31,155 nucleotides of DNA from Candidatus Sigynarchaeum calidifontis (GCA_030587475.2 JAUQYZ020000031.1:1-31155), one strand, 5' to 3'; shown: positions 9,503 to 18,074, counted from the first letter of the stretch. Notes: generated by a model from the sequence alone, not told the origin. Numbers and translations: made by a program.

Positions 9503-9906
9503 GAATAAACGAGCCCCCGGACATCCTCGGCCTCGGTATCCGGAACCTTCTCAGCTACCGCGAGGATCGCGGGGCGTTGGAACCCCTCGTTGCCAACTGG
9601 GAAAAGACCGTCGTGATCGAGCTCGTCGACATGTACGCCGTTTCGATGCACTTTCATAAAAAAGACGTGCAAATCGAGCCTGGCATTCCGGCGAAATTTG
9701 ACATTATGATTTCGATGTCACTTGAAACGCTCATCGCCCTCGCAAACGGCAAGACCGGTCCCGTGCGCGCGTTCTTGCAAGGGCGATTGAAGGTGAAAAA
9801 ACTGTGGCGCGTGGGGACATTGCTCAAGTTCATGAAGATCATCATCCCGGCGCTGAAAATCGCCGGGGAGCGTGGAGCGCATCATGGAAAAACGCACCGA
9901 TCGTGA
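9496..9906 (+). CDS. SCP2 sterol-binding domain protein
   Basis: DIMISMSLETLIALANGKTGPVRAFLQGRLKVK, a typical SCP2 C-terminal half. Confidence 0.8.
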   Translation: MTRINEPPDILGLGIRNLLSYREDRGALEPLVANWEKTVVIELVDMYAVSMHFHKKDVQIEPGIPAKFDIMISMSLETLIALANGKTGPVRAFLQGRLKVKKLWRVGTLLKFMKIIIPALKIAGERGAHHGKTHRS

Positions 9907-11341
9907 GAGATCCGGGATCAAGGAGCGCCTCGTTACCATCTTCGGCCCGGAGAACGTTTCCGATAAAGTGCACGACCTGTTTCCCTACTCGTACGACGCG
10001 ACGGAATGCGAGCCTCACATGCCCGATTTCGTGGTTCTGCCAAAGAACGTTGACCAGGTCGTGGCGGTCGTCAAGCTGGCAAGTGAAACCGGGGTGCCTC
10101 TCGTTCCCTACATCTCCGGCAACAACATCGGCGGGTTGACCATCCCGGAGCGGGGCGGGATCATCGTCGACTTCTCCAAGCGCATGAACAGGATCCTCCA
10201 CGTCCACGAGTCGCACATGTATGCGATCTTGGAACCCGGGGTTACTTTCGGGCAGTTGAAAAGTTATCTCGACGATCACCACCCGGGCTTGCGGTATTCT
10301 TACCCCTTCGCACCGCCATTCAGTGGTGTCGTCGGGAACGCGCTTCTCTCGGGAATGAACAACATGTCTTGCGCGCATGGGTCGATGGGCGACTGGATCA
10401 ATGGGGTCGAGGTGGTCCTCCACGACGGGACGGTCGCACGCGTCGGGTCGTGTTTTCTCAGCAAGGATTTCCGCGTGGATAACTGGTATTCACGCTACCC
10501 CATGCCAGATATGCTGGGTCTGTTCGTGAATTGGCAGGGCATGACGGGCATCGTGACCAAGTGCGCCGTCCAGCTGTGGCCGCGGCGGCCCATCGAAACA
10601 GCATATCTCGGTATCGCCTACGGGCACGAGACCACGGCGGAATTCATGCGCGAGCTAGCGCGAACCGAAGTGATCGATGATATATCGGCGGTCTCCGTGG
10701 AGGTGGCGAAGATGTCGCTCGGCATCCCCACGCCGATCAAGACTCCCGAGGAGCCCGATTTCGCCCTCCTCATCCCCGTGTCGGCACTGACACGGAAACA
10801 CCTGGAAGCGAAGTACGAGATCATGCAAGACGTCCTCGCAAAAGTGAAACAAAAGCACGGTAACAAGGTCTTCCTCACGGGCTTCGATACTTTCGCCTCA
10901 CTGGTGGGCGAGGGAACCAGGGTCTTTTACGACTTGCCGGGCGTGATCACTCCACTCGTGGAATATTCTGGCTTGACGTGGTTCGGATCATACGCGCCGC
11001 CGGAGCATTTAGGGGTGCTTTTCGAGAAAGCAACCGCTATATTCCACAAGTACAATTTCCCGGCATTTGTATATTCCAAGATCATGAAGTCGGGGCATTA
11101 TGGCATATTCCGTCCCATCATCCGCTACAAGAAAGACTCCGAGGAGGACCGCGCGAGGAAGGCGATGGAGGAATTCTTCGACCTCGGCGTGAGCTATGGA
11201 TGCATCCCGTACAAGACCCCCGTGTGGATGTGCAACAAGCTCAAGGAACACATCGACCCGAACTGGCTCGCGATGTTCAAGAAGGTCAAGGGGTTCATGG
11301 ACCCGAAAGGCATTTTCAACCCGGGGAGGTGGGGGATCTAG
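9884..11341 (+). CDS. FAD-linked oxidoreductase, VAO/PCMH/GlcD superfamily
   Basis: PDFVVLP...VPLVP..SGNN.GG, YAILEPGVTFGQL, GVEVVLHDG, GMTGIVTK, DPKGIFNPG. Confidence 0.9.
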   Translation: MEKRTDRERSGIKERLVTIFGPENVSDKVHDLFPYSYDATECEPHMPDFVVLPKNVDQVVAVVKLASETGVPLVPYISGNNIGGLTIPERGGIIVDFSKRMNRILHVHESHMYAILEPGVTFGQLKSYLDDHHPGLRYSYPFAPPFSGVVGNALLSGMNNMSCAHGSMGDWINGVEVVLHDGTVARVGSCFLSKDFRVDNWYSRYPMPDMLGLFVNWQGMTGIVTKCAVQLWPRRPIETAYLGIAYGHETTAEFMRELARTEVIDDISAVSVEVAKMSLGIPTPIKTPEEPDFALLIPVSALTRKHLEAKYEIMQDVLAKVKQKHGNKVFLTGFDTFASLVGEGTRVFYDLPGVITPLVEYSGLTWFGSYAPPEHLGVLFEKATAIFHKYNFPAFVYSKIMKSGHYGIFRPIIRYKKDSEEDRARKAMEEFFDLGVSYGCIPYKTPVWMCNKLKEHIDPNWLAMFKKVKGFMDPKGIFNPGRWGI

Positions 11342-12532
11342 ATGGAGCTCGCCGATATCTCGCGGCTATCCAAGCCGTCCCAAGATTCCTTGAAGGTGGT
11401 CCTGGACCGGTGCATCCGCTGCAACACTTGCAAGTATGCATACAAGAATTTCACCCCAAGCTGCCCGTCCGGCGAATATTTCAAGTTCGAGTCCTACTGG
11501 GCATCGGGGCGCATCCGCATCGCCCGCGGCTTGCTCACGCGCCGGCTCGAGTGGACAGAAGACATCTTGCACCCGATCTTTGCTTGCACGACGTGTGGCG
11601 GTTGCAAAGACAGCTGCCAGGCACCCCACCAGGATCAAATCGTTGATATCATCGAGTCGCTGCGGGAGTTCGCGGTCAAGTCCGTTGGCGCGCCCGCGAA
11701 GCAAGCAAAACTTGCACCCGCCGTCGCCAAGCACTTCAATCCCTACGGCGAACCCCATTCGGACAATGCCGAGATCCGGGTCAAGTACAACTTGCGCCCG
11801 GAGGCAAGCGTGGTCTATTTCATCGGCTGCACGTCCAACTACCGCCAGCGGCAGCTGCGCGATGCAACGCTGTCGGTTCTCAAGAAGCTGGGGATCGATT
11901 TCACGGTCGTGGACGAGCGGTGCTGCGGGTCGCCGTTGCTGAGAACGGGGCAGATCGACCTCGTGCCCGACCTCATGCGACACAATGCCGAAGCCATGGC
12001 CGCGACGGGGGCCAAAACAATCATCACATCATGCTCGGGATGCTATCGCACGATGAAAAAGGACTTTGCCAAGTTCGGCGTGGACTTGCACGTGGATATC
12101 CTCCATTCCTCCGAATTCATCAATCAAAAACTGACGCCGGCGGTTTTAAAAACCATCCGGGAGAAAGCGGCAAAAAATAGCCTGCAGAAAACCGTGACCT
12201 ATCACGATCCATGTCACCTCGGGCATCACATGGGATTATTCGAAGCGCCGAGGGAATTGCTCCAAAAAATTCCCGGCATCACACTCGTCGAGATGCCACG
12301 CAACCGTACATCATCATGGTGCTGCGGGGCTGGCGGCGGTGTCAAGATCGGGTATCCGGAGTGGGCAGTGCAGATCGCCGGCGAGCGCGTGGCGGAAGCC
12401 CGCCAGACCGGGGCCGGTACCCTCGTTTCCACGTGCCCCTTCTGCAAGACCAACTTGTCAGACGCGAACGCAAAGGCTGGTACCGCTCTCGACGTCGTTG
12501 ACCTGGTCGAGCTGCTCGACCGCGTGCTCTGA
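11342..12532 (+). CDS. HdrD/GlcF-like Fe-S oxidoreductase (ferredoxin domain + two CCG domains)
   Basis: CIRCNTC...CP, CTTCGGCKDSC, FIGC, RCCGSP, SCSGC, YHDPCHL, WCCGAGGG, CPFC. Starts immediately after the previous stop. Confidence 0.9.
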   Translation: MELADISRLSKPSQDSLKVVLDRCIRCNTCKYAYKNFTPSCPSGEYFKFESYWASGRIRIARGLLTRRLEWTEDILHPIFACTTCGGCKDSCQAPHQDQIVDIIESLREFAVKSVGAPAKQAKLAPAVAKHFNPYGEPHSDNAEIRVKYNLRPEASVVYFIGCTSNYRQRQLRDATLSVLKKLGIDFTVVDERCCGSPLLRTGQIDLVPDLMRHNAEAMAATGAKTIITSCSGCYRTMKKDFAKFGVDLHVDILHSSEFINQKLTPAVLKTIREKAAKNSLQKTVTYHDPCHLGHHMGLFEAPRELLQKIPGITLVEMPRNRTSSWCCGAGGGVKIGYPEWAVQIAGERVAEARQTGAGTLVSTCPFCKTNLSDANAKAGTALDVVDLVELLDRVL

Positions 12533-12534
12533 AC

Positions 12535-12554
12535 GGGAGATATCTCCCTTTTTT
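12535..12554 (+). terminator. Hairpin plus U-tract (GGGAG-ATAT-CTCCC-TTTTTT)
   Basis: Perfect 14-bp palindrome 2 nt after the stop at 12532, followed by T6. Confidence 0.55.
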
Positions 12555-12571
12555 CGTAGCTTGTACCAGGG

Positions 12572-13339
12572 ATGACCGCGCGCATGGAAGATTTCCGGCG
12601 ACTCGTCGAACAAGCGAAATTGGAGAGCAAGGAATATTCTATATGGCAAGTGGCCTCTGAGATGACAGAAAATAGAACTAGTTTGCCGATGCGGGTAGGC
12701 CAAGGGGCTTGGAGCGGCGTGCTCCTGGAGGACGATGTCCGGATCCATTTCGGGGATTACGCAACGCCGTCGACTGCCTTGCTCCTCGTGGCACCGGGCG
12801 CGGCGGCGCTGCACGATGGTCGCATCACGCTGGTCGGGCCAGACATCCCCAGATTGACGGAAGGCGTGGTGCCTTTTGCACTCGTCATCGTGGCGTGGGG
12901 CGCCGATCTGACGCCTGATCGCGTCAAGGAACTGCGCCGGGGCCTCCAGGTGACCGACCAGATCGAAGGGTTCGCGCAGTGTTCCATCCTCCGGGAGATC
13001 AGGTTTACATTGAGCAAGGCTCTGTTCAATAAAGGAGTATCATTCCGCCACCTCGGCCACGCGTTCATCCATCTCTTCAAGGAACAATTCGCCCGGTTCC
13101 TTCAGGCAGTGGAGGTGGTGTTCCTCACCACCAGCCCGACCACGATCAACGCCCTGAAAAAAATCACCCAAACGATTAGATCTGACATGGCCGCGACCTT
13201 GCGGGCAAAGGTAGCACAGAAAGTCAAGTCCCGTGAGGATTGCGAGTTCGAGTGGGAATGCACGGATTGCGAGTACCAGCGCATCTGCGAGGAGCTGCGG
13301 GACATCATCCGATTGAGAAAGGATTTAACCGCGAACTAG
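12572..13339 (+). CDS. Truncated acetyl-CoA synthase beta (CdhC/AcsB) domain homologue with Cys-rich C-terminus
   Basis: DGRITLVGPDI...PFALV...IEGF...LSKALFNKGVSFRHLG...AVEVVFLT resemble the non-catalytic CdhC domain. No A-cluster domain. Tail CEFEWECTDCEYQRIC. Confidence 0.65.
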   Translation: MTARMEDFRRLVEQAKLESKEYSIWQVASEMTENRTSLPMRVGQGAWSGVLLEDDVRIHFGDYATPSTALLLVAPGAAALHDGRITLVGPDIPRLTEGVVPFALVIVAWGADLTPDRVKELRRGLQVTDQIEGFAQCSILREIRFTLSKALFNKGVSFRHLGHAFIHLFKEQFARFLQAVEVVFLTTSPTTINALKKITQTIRSDMAATLRAKVAQKVKSREDCEFEWECTDCEYQRICEELRDIIRLRKDLTAN

Positions 13340-13353
13340 AACGTGACAATGAC

Positions 13354-14157
13354 ATGGCCGACATGGTGCATGCCCAGCACGACAGCCCACGAAAGTTCCG
13401 GGTCTTCGCCATCACCGGCAAGGGGGGCGTGGGAAAGACGACGTTCGCGTTCCTTTTCGCCCGCGCCTTGATCGCTCGTGGAAGGCACCCGCTGCTCATC
13501 GATGCAGATCCTGCACTCAGCCACCTGGCACGCGCCCTTGGAATCACGCCGGAACACACGATAGAGAGCATCCGGGCCGAGTTGATCGGTGTTGCAGCGC
13601 GCGGGAACGCGGATGAGAAGGCGGTGACCGCCCGCGAGATCGGATCGATCGTCGCCCGGAGTGTCGTGAAAGGCGCCGATTACGATCTCCTGGTCATGGG
13701 CCAGCCGGCCAGCGCGGGATGTTTTTGCCCCAGTAACACGCTCTTGCGTTCCGTCATCAGGGAACTGGCGGGGCAATACGATTCTGTCATCATCGATTGC
13801 GAGGCGGGGCTGGAACAGATCCACCGGCAAGTCATCGGGACGGTCGAATTTATCATCATCGTGACAGACCCATCCGCTCGTAGTTTCGCCACTGCCGAGG
13901 CGATCCTTGCATCAGCCCGGCGCTTCACCCAGTACAAGCGAGCCGGGCTCGTGGTGAACAAGGTGATTCAAGGCGCGGCGGTAAAAATACCGGCTTGGGT
14001 GGAAAAGCATGGCGTTATCATCCTTGGCGAGCTGCCAGATGTGCCGGCGCTGCGAGAGCATGAATCGCTGGACTCATGCTTGACCGAGGGATTTCAATTG
14101 CCCGTGTTAGAACCCGCCGTGGCATCAATTGCCGAGAAGATCGATGGCGGGACCTAG
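13354..14157 (+). CDS. cooC: CooC/AcsF-type nickel-insertion ATPase
   Basis: GKGGVGKTT, IDADP, GCFCP, DCEAGLEQ, VVNKV. Confidence 0.85.
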   Translation: MADMVHAQHDSPRKFRVFAITGKGGVGKTTFAFLFARALIARGRHPLLIDADPALSHLARALGITPEHTIESIRAELIGVAARGNADEKAVTAREIGSIVARSVVKGADYDLLVMGQPASAGCFCPSNTLLRSVIRELAGQYDSVIIDCEAGLEQIHRQVIGTVEFIIIVTDPSARSFATAEAILASARRFTQYKRAGLVVNKVIQGAAVKIPAWVEKHGVIILGELPDVPALREHESLDSCLTEGFQLPVLEPAVASIAEKIDGGT

Positions 14158-14183
14158 AACGAGCGTTTTAATTTTTTCGGTCT

Positions 14184-14849
14184 TTAACCGGTTAATGATT
14201 GGATGATCCGCTCGATTTCCCGTTCATGCACGTCCCATGGATTGAAGCCAAAGAGCTGGACGCTGATCTTCCTTCTTTCCAGCAATTTCACTAGTTCCGA
14301 GATGAAGATGCCCCTCCCCGGCACGAGGAGAGCTGGAACGATCACCCGCATCTTGTCGAATCTGGGTGCTTCCCAGTCCGCCAAAGAAACGCCACGGTCT
14401 TTCGATGCTGGCACCGCCGAGAGCAAGTCGAGCGTTCGGGTCACGCCGCACGTCGGGCTGTCGTCCGTCGCGATGATACCCAGAACAGCGTACCCCGATC
14501 TCTGCCAATCGTCGATCTCGCGGACGATCGCTTTCGCGCGAGCGCGGCAGGCGCCCTTGTACCGTGCCAGCCAGGCCTTCCCGATCAATTTCACGACAGG
14601 AACCCTTCCCTTGTTGTAGAGCAGCGAGAGGAACTTGAACACAGACCTTCTCGAGACCCCGCCCCAGGCCAGAGATTCCATGCATGGCAGTTGTTCTATC
14701 CCGATCCCGCGCTCGTTCAAGGCGTCGACCAGCGCCGAGATTGCCCCGCTCGCCACTGCGATGCCAGGGAATCGCCTGTTCTGGTTCAGCAGGCAGCTCG
14801 ACATGTAAACCAGGCGCTTGCCCCGCTTGTCCCGCGACGTGTCGGTCAT
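14184..14849 (-). CDS. DUF523/TudS (2-thiouracil desulfidase)-related Fe-S protein
   Basis: SSCLLNQN, QLPCME, DSPTCG: the three conserved Cys motifs of the family. Confidence 0.75.
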   Translation of the reverse strand: MTDTSRDKRGKRLVYMSSCLLNQNRRFPGIAVASGAISALVDALNERGIGIEQLPCMESLAWGGVSRRSVFKFLSLLYNKGRVPVVKLIGKAWLARYKGACRARAKAIVREIDDWQRSGYAVLGIIATDDSPTCGVTRTLDLLSAVPASKDRGVSLADWEAPRFDKMRVIVPALLVPGRGIFISELVKLLERRKISVQLFGFNPWDVHEREIERIIQSLTG

Positions 14850-14935
14850 GGCGTTTCGCTACAGACTCAATCGGAGTAGTCGCTTTAATAGTTCCCCTTT
14901 GTCACGGGATGATGACGGTCGGAAGAAGTCGCTTT

Positions 14936-15151
14936 TTACTCGAATTGGTCCAGGAACTCATCGACATGGTCCAATTTTCTTGAGATCTCCTTTGATTCCG
15001 CAACCAGTTCCTTGATCAAATCACGGTTCCTGTCTTTCGACGCGACAACCAGCTTCTCGGATAAATTGCGCTGTTTTTGGAGCAAGTACGTGTAATAATC
15101 CCAGGCTTCATTCTCGCCCAGTTCAAGTTTCTTTTGATGTGCAATGGTCAT
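14936..15151 (-). CDS. Small helical hypothetical protein (71 aa)
   Basis: ATG overlaps the upstream TGA (ATGA). GAGGCGG upstream. Coiled-coil-like composition. Confidence 0.6.
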   Translation of the reverse strand: MTIAHQKKLELGENEAWDYYTYLLQKQRNLSEKLVVASKDRNRDLIKELVAESKEISRKLDHVDEFLDQFE

Positions 15152-15360
15152 TGTTTAAGCCCGCCTCTACGATTTTTTTGTAGTTCTTGCTCCATTTCCT
15201 CTATCTGACGCTCGAAATTTTGAATCTCCTTGACCCAGTGTTCGATCACGTCCCACCGGGGATTCTCTTTGCTTGCTTCTTCGGCCACTTTCTCTAGATG
15301 CTCGTCGCGCCTATTCCTCAAGCTAGCAATTTGCTTCCGAAGCTGCTTGTTTCGTGTCAT
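15148..15360 (-). CDS. Small helical-hairpin hypothetical protein (70 aa)
   Basis: MTRNKQLRKQIASLRNRRDEHLEK...HWVKEIQNFERQI. TATA-like TTTTATAG ~23 nt upstream of ATG 15360. Confidence 0.65.
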   Translation of the reverse strand: MTRNKQLRKQIASLRNRRDEHLEKVAEEASKENPRWDVIEHWVKEIQNFERQIEEMEQELQKNRRGGLKQ

Positions 15361-15513
15361 TACATCCAAAGATTACTATAAAACTATATTTCCTGTCTAG
15401 AAATCGATGCAGATGGTCGCGAAGAATGATTTACTCTTACAGCCACGATGAGCAGTCTAGATAGGTCGATATCGAATTAACGTTTCATAATGACAGGATG
15501 ATGATCCGTGGTG

Positions 15514-15987
15514 TCACGGGATGATGACCGTCGGGTCTTCCTTGATGCGATCGAGCACCATCTGCGTCTTGACCTCCTCCACGCCGGGCAAGTTGCGCAG
15601 GCGCTCGATGAGCGCCATGGCATGCTCGTGACCCAGGCACTTGGCCATGACGAAGACGGGATAATCGCCGGTCGTGATGTAGGCGAACTTTATCTCGGGC
15701 ATATTGTTGATCTGTTCCTTGATCCCGGCGAGGGATAGCGTGGAGTTGAGGCGCAGCGACGCGAGCAGTGCTTCTCGATAGCCCATCTTGCTGCAATCGA
15801 GCAATGCATGGTAACCACGGACGAACGACTTGTTGAGCTTGTCCAATCTTGCACGCACTGCTGTTTGGGACAACCCCGTTATTTCAGATAACGCTGCGAT
15901 GGTGATCTTCGCGTCCTTCTGGATTTCGGTCAAGATCGTCTTGTCCTTGTCATCCAGTTCCTCGTAAGAGCAGTTGTTCTTGTCCAT
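15514..15987 (-). CDS. Lrp/AsnC family transcriptional regulator
   Basis: LDDKDKTILTEIQKDAK...GLSQTAVRARL HTH and TTGDYP RAM domain. Divergent from the tusA-hdr cluster. Confidence 0.92.
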   Translation of the reverse strand: MDKNNCSYEELDDKDKTILTEIQKDAKITIAALSEITGLSQTAVRARLDKLNKSFVRGYHALLDCSKMGYREALLASLRLNSTLSLAGIKEQINNMPEIKFAYITTGDYPVFVMAKCLGHEHAMALIERLRNLPGVEEVKTQMVLDRIKEDPTVIIP

Positions 15988-16089
15988 CGTTCCTCATCCA
16001 TGTTTCAAGGTCAATAGAGCCTTCATCAGAGCTAGCGAAAATCACCACGGATCGGCGCTTGAATAGCGCATATGAATATCAGCGTGGAA

Positions 16090-16160
16090 AGGTTTATATA
16101 GTTTGCGCTAAGAAATGACCTGGTTTTAGTGGATTAACCACCACATTTAAATACTGGTCT
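16090..16160. promoter_or_regulatory. Divergent lrp/tusA promoter region with a candidate operator
   Basis: TTTATATA 16093-16100 (TATATAAA on - strand), TTTAAATA 16146-16153, inverted repeat TGGTT-N10-AACCA 16121-16140 between them. Confidence 0.5.
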
Positions 16161-16220
16161 CGCGACTTTAACTATGGAACCTCTATGAAATGGCGAAAAA
16201 ACCGAAGAAAATGACCCATC

Positions 16221-16448
16221 ATGGCGGATTTGAAACTCGACACGCTTGGGAAGAAATGTCCCATGCCCGTCCTATTGGCGAAGAAAGAAATGACGAAAAT
16301 GGCAGCTGGCGACGTGTTGACCGTCACGGCTGACGATGCAGGGGCGCTGAAGGATATTCCAGCCCTCGTGAACAAATCACCTGGCTTTGCAATCTCGGAA
16401 TCGAAGCAAGAAGGCAATATCATCACGATCAAGATCAAGAAGGCTTGA
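16221..16448 (+). CDS. tusA: Sulfur carrier TusA/SirA family
   Basis: LDTLGKKCPMP (CPxP) and VTADD...DIP. Confidence 0.93.
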   Translation: MADLKLDTLGKKCPMPVLLAKKEMTKMAAGDVLTVTADDAGALKDIPALVNKSPGFAISESKQEGNIITIKIKKA

Positions 16449-16467
16449 AATTCGCGGGGGATATCAC

Positions 16468-16836
16468 ATGGCAAAGTTCACGTTCGTGGTCTGCACGGAG
16501 CCGTACAAGTACCAGGGCATCGAGTCGATGCTCAACCTGGCCGAGGCCGTGTTGAAAAAAGGCCACGAGATCGGCATGATCTTCCTGTATGGCAGCGGCG
16601 TGATGAACATGAAAAAAGACATCAGCACGGGCAGCGACACGAGGAACATCCCCGAGCGCCTCCAAGCCCTCGTGACGGCGAATAAGATCAAGCTCGTCGG
16701 TTGCACGACGTGGATCGGCTTGTGCGGGCTCGAGCAACGTGATTTCATCGATGGTGGCGCCGAGGAGGGGCTCGGTGACCTGGCGACGGCGGCTCGGGCA
16801 TCGGACAAGGTCGTGTTCTTCGGAGGCGGGAACTGA
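16468..16836 (+). CDS. dsrE: DsrE/TusD family sulfur relay protein
   Basis: EPY, KGHEI..IFLYGSGV, active-site region LVGCTTWIGLCGL, GLGDL...SDKVVFF. Confidence 0.88.
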   Translation: MAKFTFVVCTEPYKYQGIESMLNLAEAVLKKGHEIGMIFLYGSGVMNMKKDISTGSDTRNIPERLQALVTANKIKLVGCTTWIGLCGLEQRDFIDGGAEEGLGDLATAARASDKVVFFGGGN

Positions 16837-16848
16837 GGTGGCGTGAAC

Positions 16849-17217
16849 ATGGTCGAATCGATCATCATCCTCTCGGATCGCAGCCCAGTGGGCTCCAACT
16901 CGGCAGTCGAGGCGATCCGCATGGGTGCGGGATTAACCGCGCTCGGCGACACGATACCGACGAAGGTCGTCCTCTCCGGGGATGCGGTGCTCTTGATGGC
17001 TAAAGACGCGGATCCTACCGCCGTGAAACAAGACACGATCAATAGCGTCATGGAAATGGCCGATCTCAGCGACCTGGAGATCTACGTCGTGAAGGAGGCG
17101 CTTGGGGACGCGGGCTTGCAGCAAGACGACCTGCGCTCCTACGCGAAGCTCAAGATCGTGAGCCAGGCCGAGCTCTCGTCGATGGTCGCTGGCGCGGCCA
17201 CGACGTTCCGGTTGTGA
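16849..17217 (+). CDS. dsrF: DsrF/TusC family sulfur relay protein
   Basis: SPVGSNSAVEAIR, GDAV, IYVVKEAL...GL. GAGGTG 8 nt upstream of the ATG. Confidence 0.85.
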   Translation: MVESIIILSDRSPVGSNSAVEAIRMGAGLTALGDTIPTKVVLSGDAVLLMAKDADPTAVKQDTINSVMEMADLSDLEIYVVKEALGDAGLQQDDLRSYAKLKIVSQAELSSMVAGAATTFRL

Positions 17218-17222
17218 GGCGA

Positions 17223-17576
17223 ATGCACGTGGCGACGACGAAAAAACACGACATCGTGTACCTGGTCGGGCACAGTGCCCGGCAAGAATGCCAGCTAGAA
17301 AATATCATTCCGATCGTAGACTCGCAGTATGAATCCGGCAAGGATGTAGGTATCGTGCTAATGCAAGATGGCGTGATCGGCACGTCGAAGCGCGGCACCG
17401 TGCCAGACACGTTCAACTATTTCACCGAGATGGACATCCCGGTGCATGTTCTCGCGCCGGACTTGAAAGCCCGGGGTATCAACCCTGGCCAGTTGATCGA
17501 CAAGGTCGACGTGATCACGTACGAGGATCTCGTCGACATCCTGGTCGAATCGAGCAAGATCGTATCAATATTGTAA
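17223..17576 (+). CDS. dsrH: DsrH/TusB family sulfur relay protein
   Basis: VLMQDGV, VLAPDLKARGI, ITYEDLVDI. Start at 17223 or GTG 17229. Confidence 0.88.
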   Translation: MHVATTKKHDIVYLVGHSARQECQLENIIPIVDSQYESGKDVGIVLMQDGVIGTSKRGTVPDTFNYFTEMDIPVHVLAPDLKARGINPGQLIDKVDVITYEDLVDILVESSKIVSIL

Positions 17577-17627
17577 TCAGAATCAGGACTAGTGATATAA
17601 AGACAGCAAACAACCGAGTGAAAAACC

Positions 17628-18071
17628 ATGGCAGTGAAAAAACTGAACTTCATCATCGCCAACAACGACTTCGAGACGTTCAACAAGATGCTCATCCTCG
17701 GCACGACCGCCGCGGCCATGGACATCGAGGTGAACTTTTTCTTCACGTTCTGGGGGTTGTACTTGATCAAGAAAGGGTACAAGCCGAAGGTGAGCGGGAT
17801 GGGCAGCTTGATGGCAGGCATGGCCACATCCATGTTCACCAAGCTTATGAAGGAGTCGGGCATCGAGGATCCCATCAAGATGCTCAAGGAGGCGCACGAC
17901 AGCGGCAAGCTCAAGCTTTACCCGTGCTCCATGACCCTGGACATGCTCGCCAAGGCACCCATGAGCTACAAGTTGAAGAAAGAGCAGCTGCTCGATTTCG
18001 TCGAGGCACCTGTTGGCGCGGCCTCGTTCCTGGAAATGTGCGACGGGGCTGATAGCATCATCCACATGTGA
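17628..18071 (+). CDS. DsrE2-type (DrsE_2) sulfurtransferase
   Basis: TTAAAMD.EV.FFFTFWGL, YPCSMTLDM, VGAASFLE. Confidence 0.88.
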   Translation: MAVKKLNFIIANNDFETFNKMLILGTTAAAMDIEVNFFFTFWGLYLIKKGYKPKVSGMGSLMAGMATSMFTKLMKESGIEDPIKMLKEAHDSGKLKLYPCSMTLDMLAKAPMSYKLKKEQLLDFVEAPVGAASFLEMCDGADSIIHM

Positions 18072-18074
18072 GTT

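Noticed and set aside
16834-16851. The dsrE TGA stop is in frame with dsrF (…AAC TGA GGT GGC GTG AAC ATG), suggesting a selenocysteine read-through fusion
   Set aside because: The TGA lies at the normal DsrE C-terminus, not at a Cys-equivalent site. It overlaps the GAGGTG RBS of dsrF, and no SECIS was recognised.
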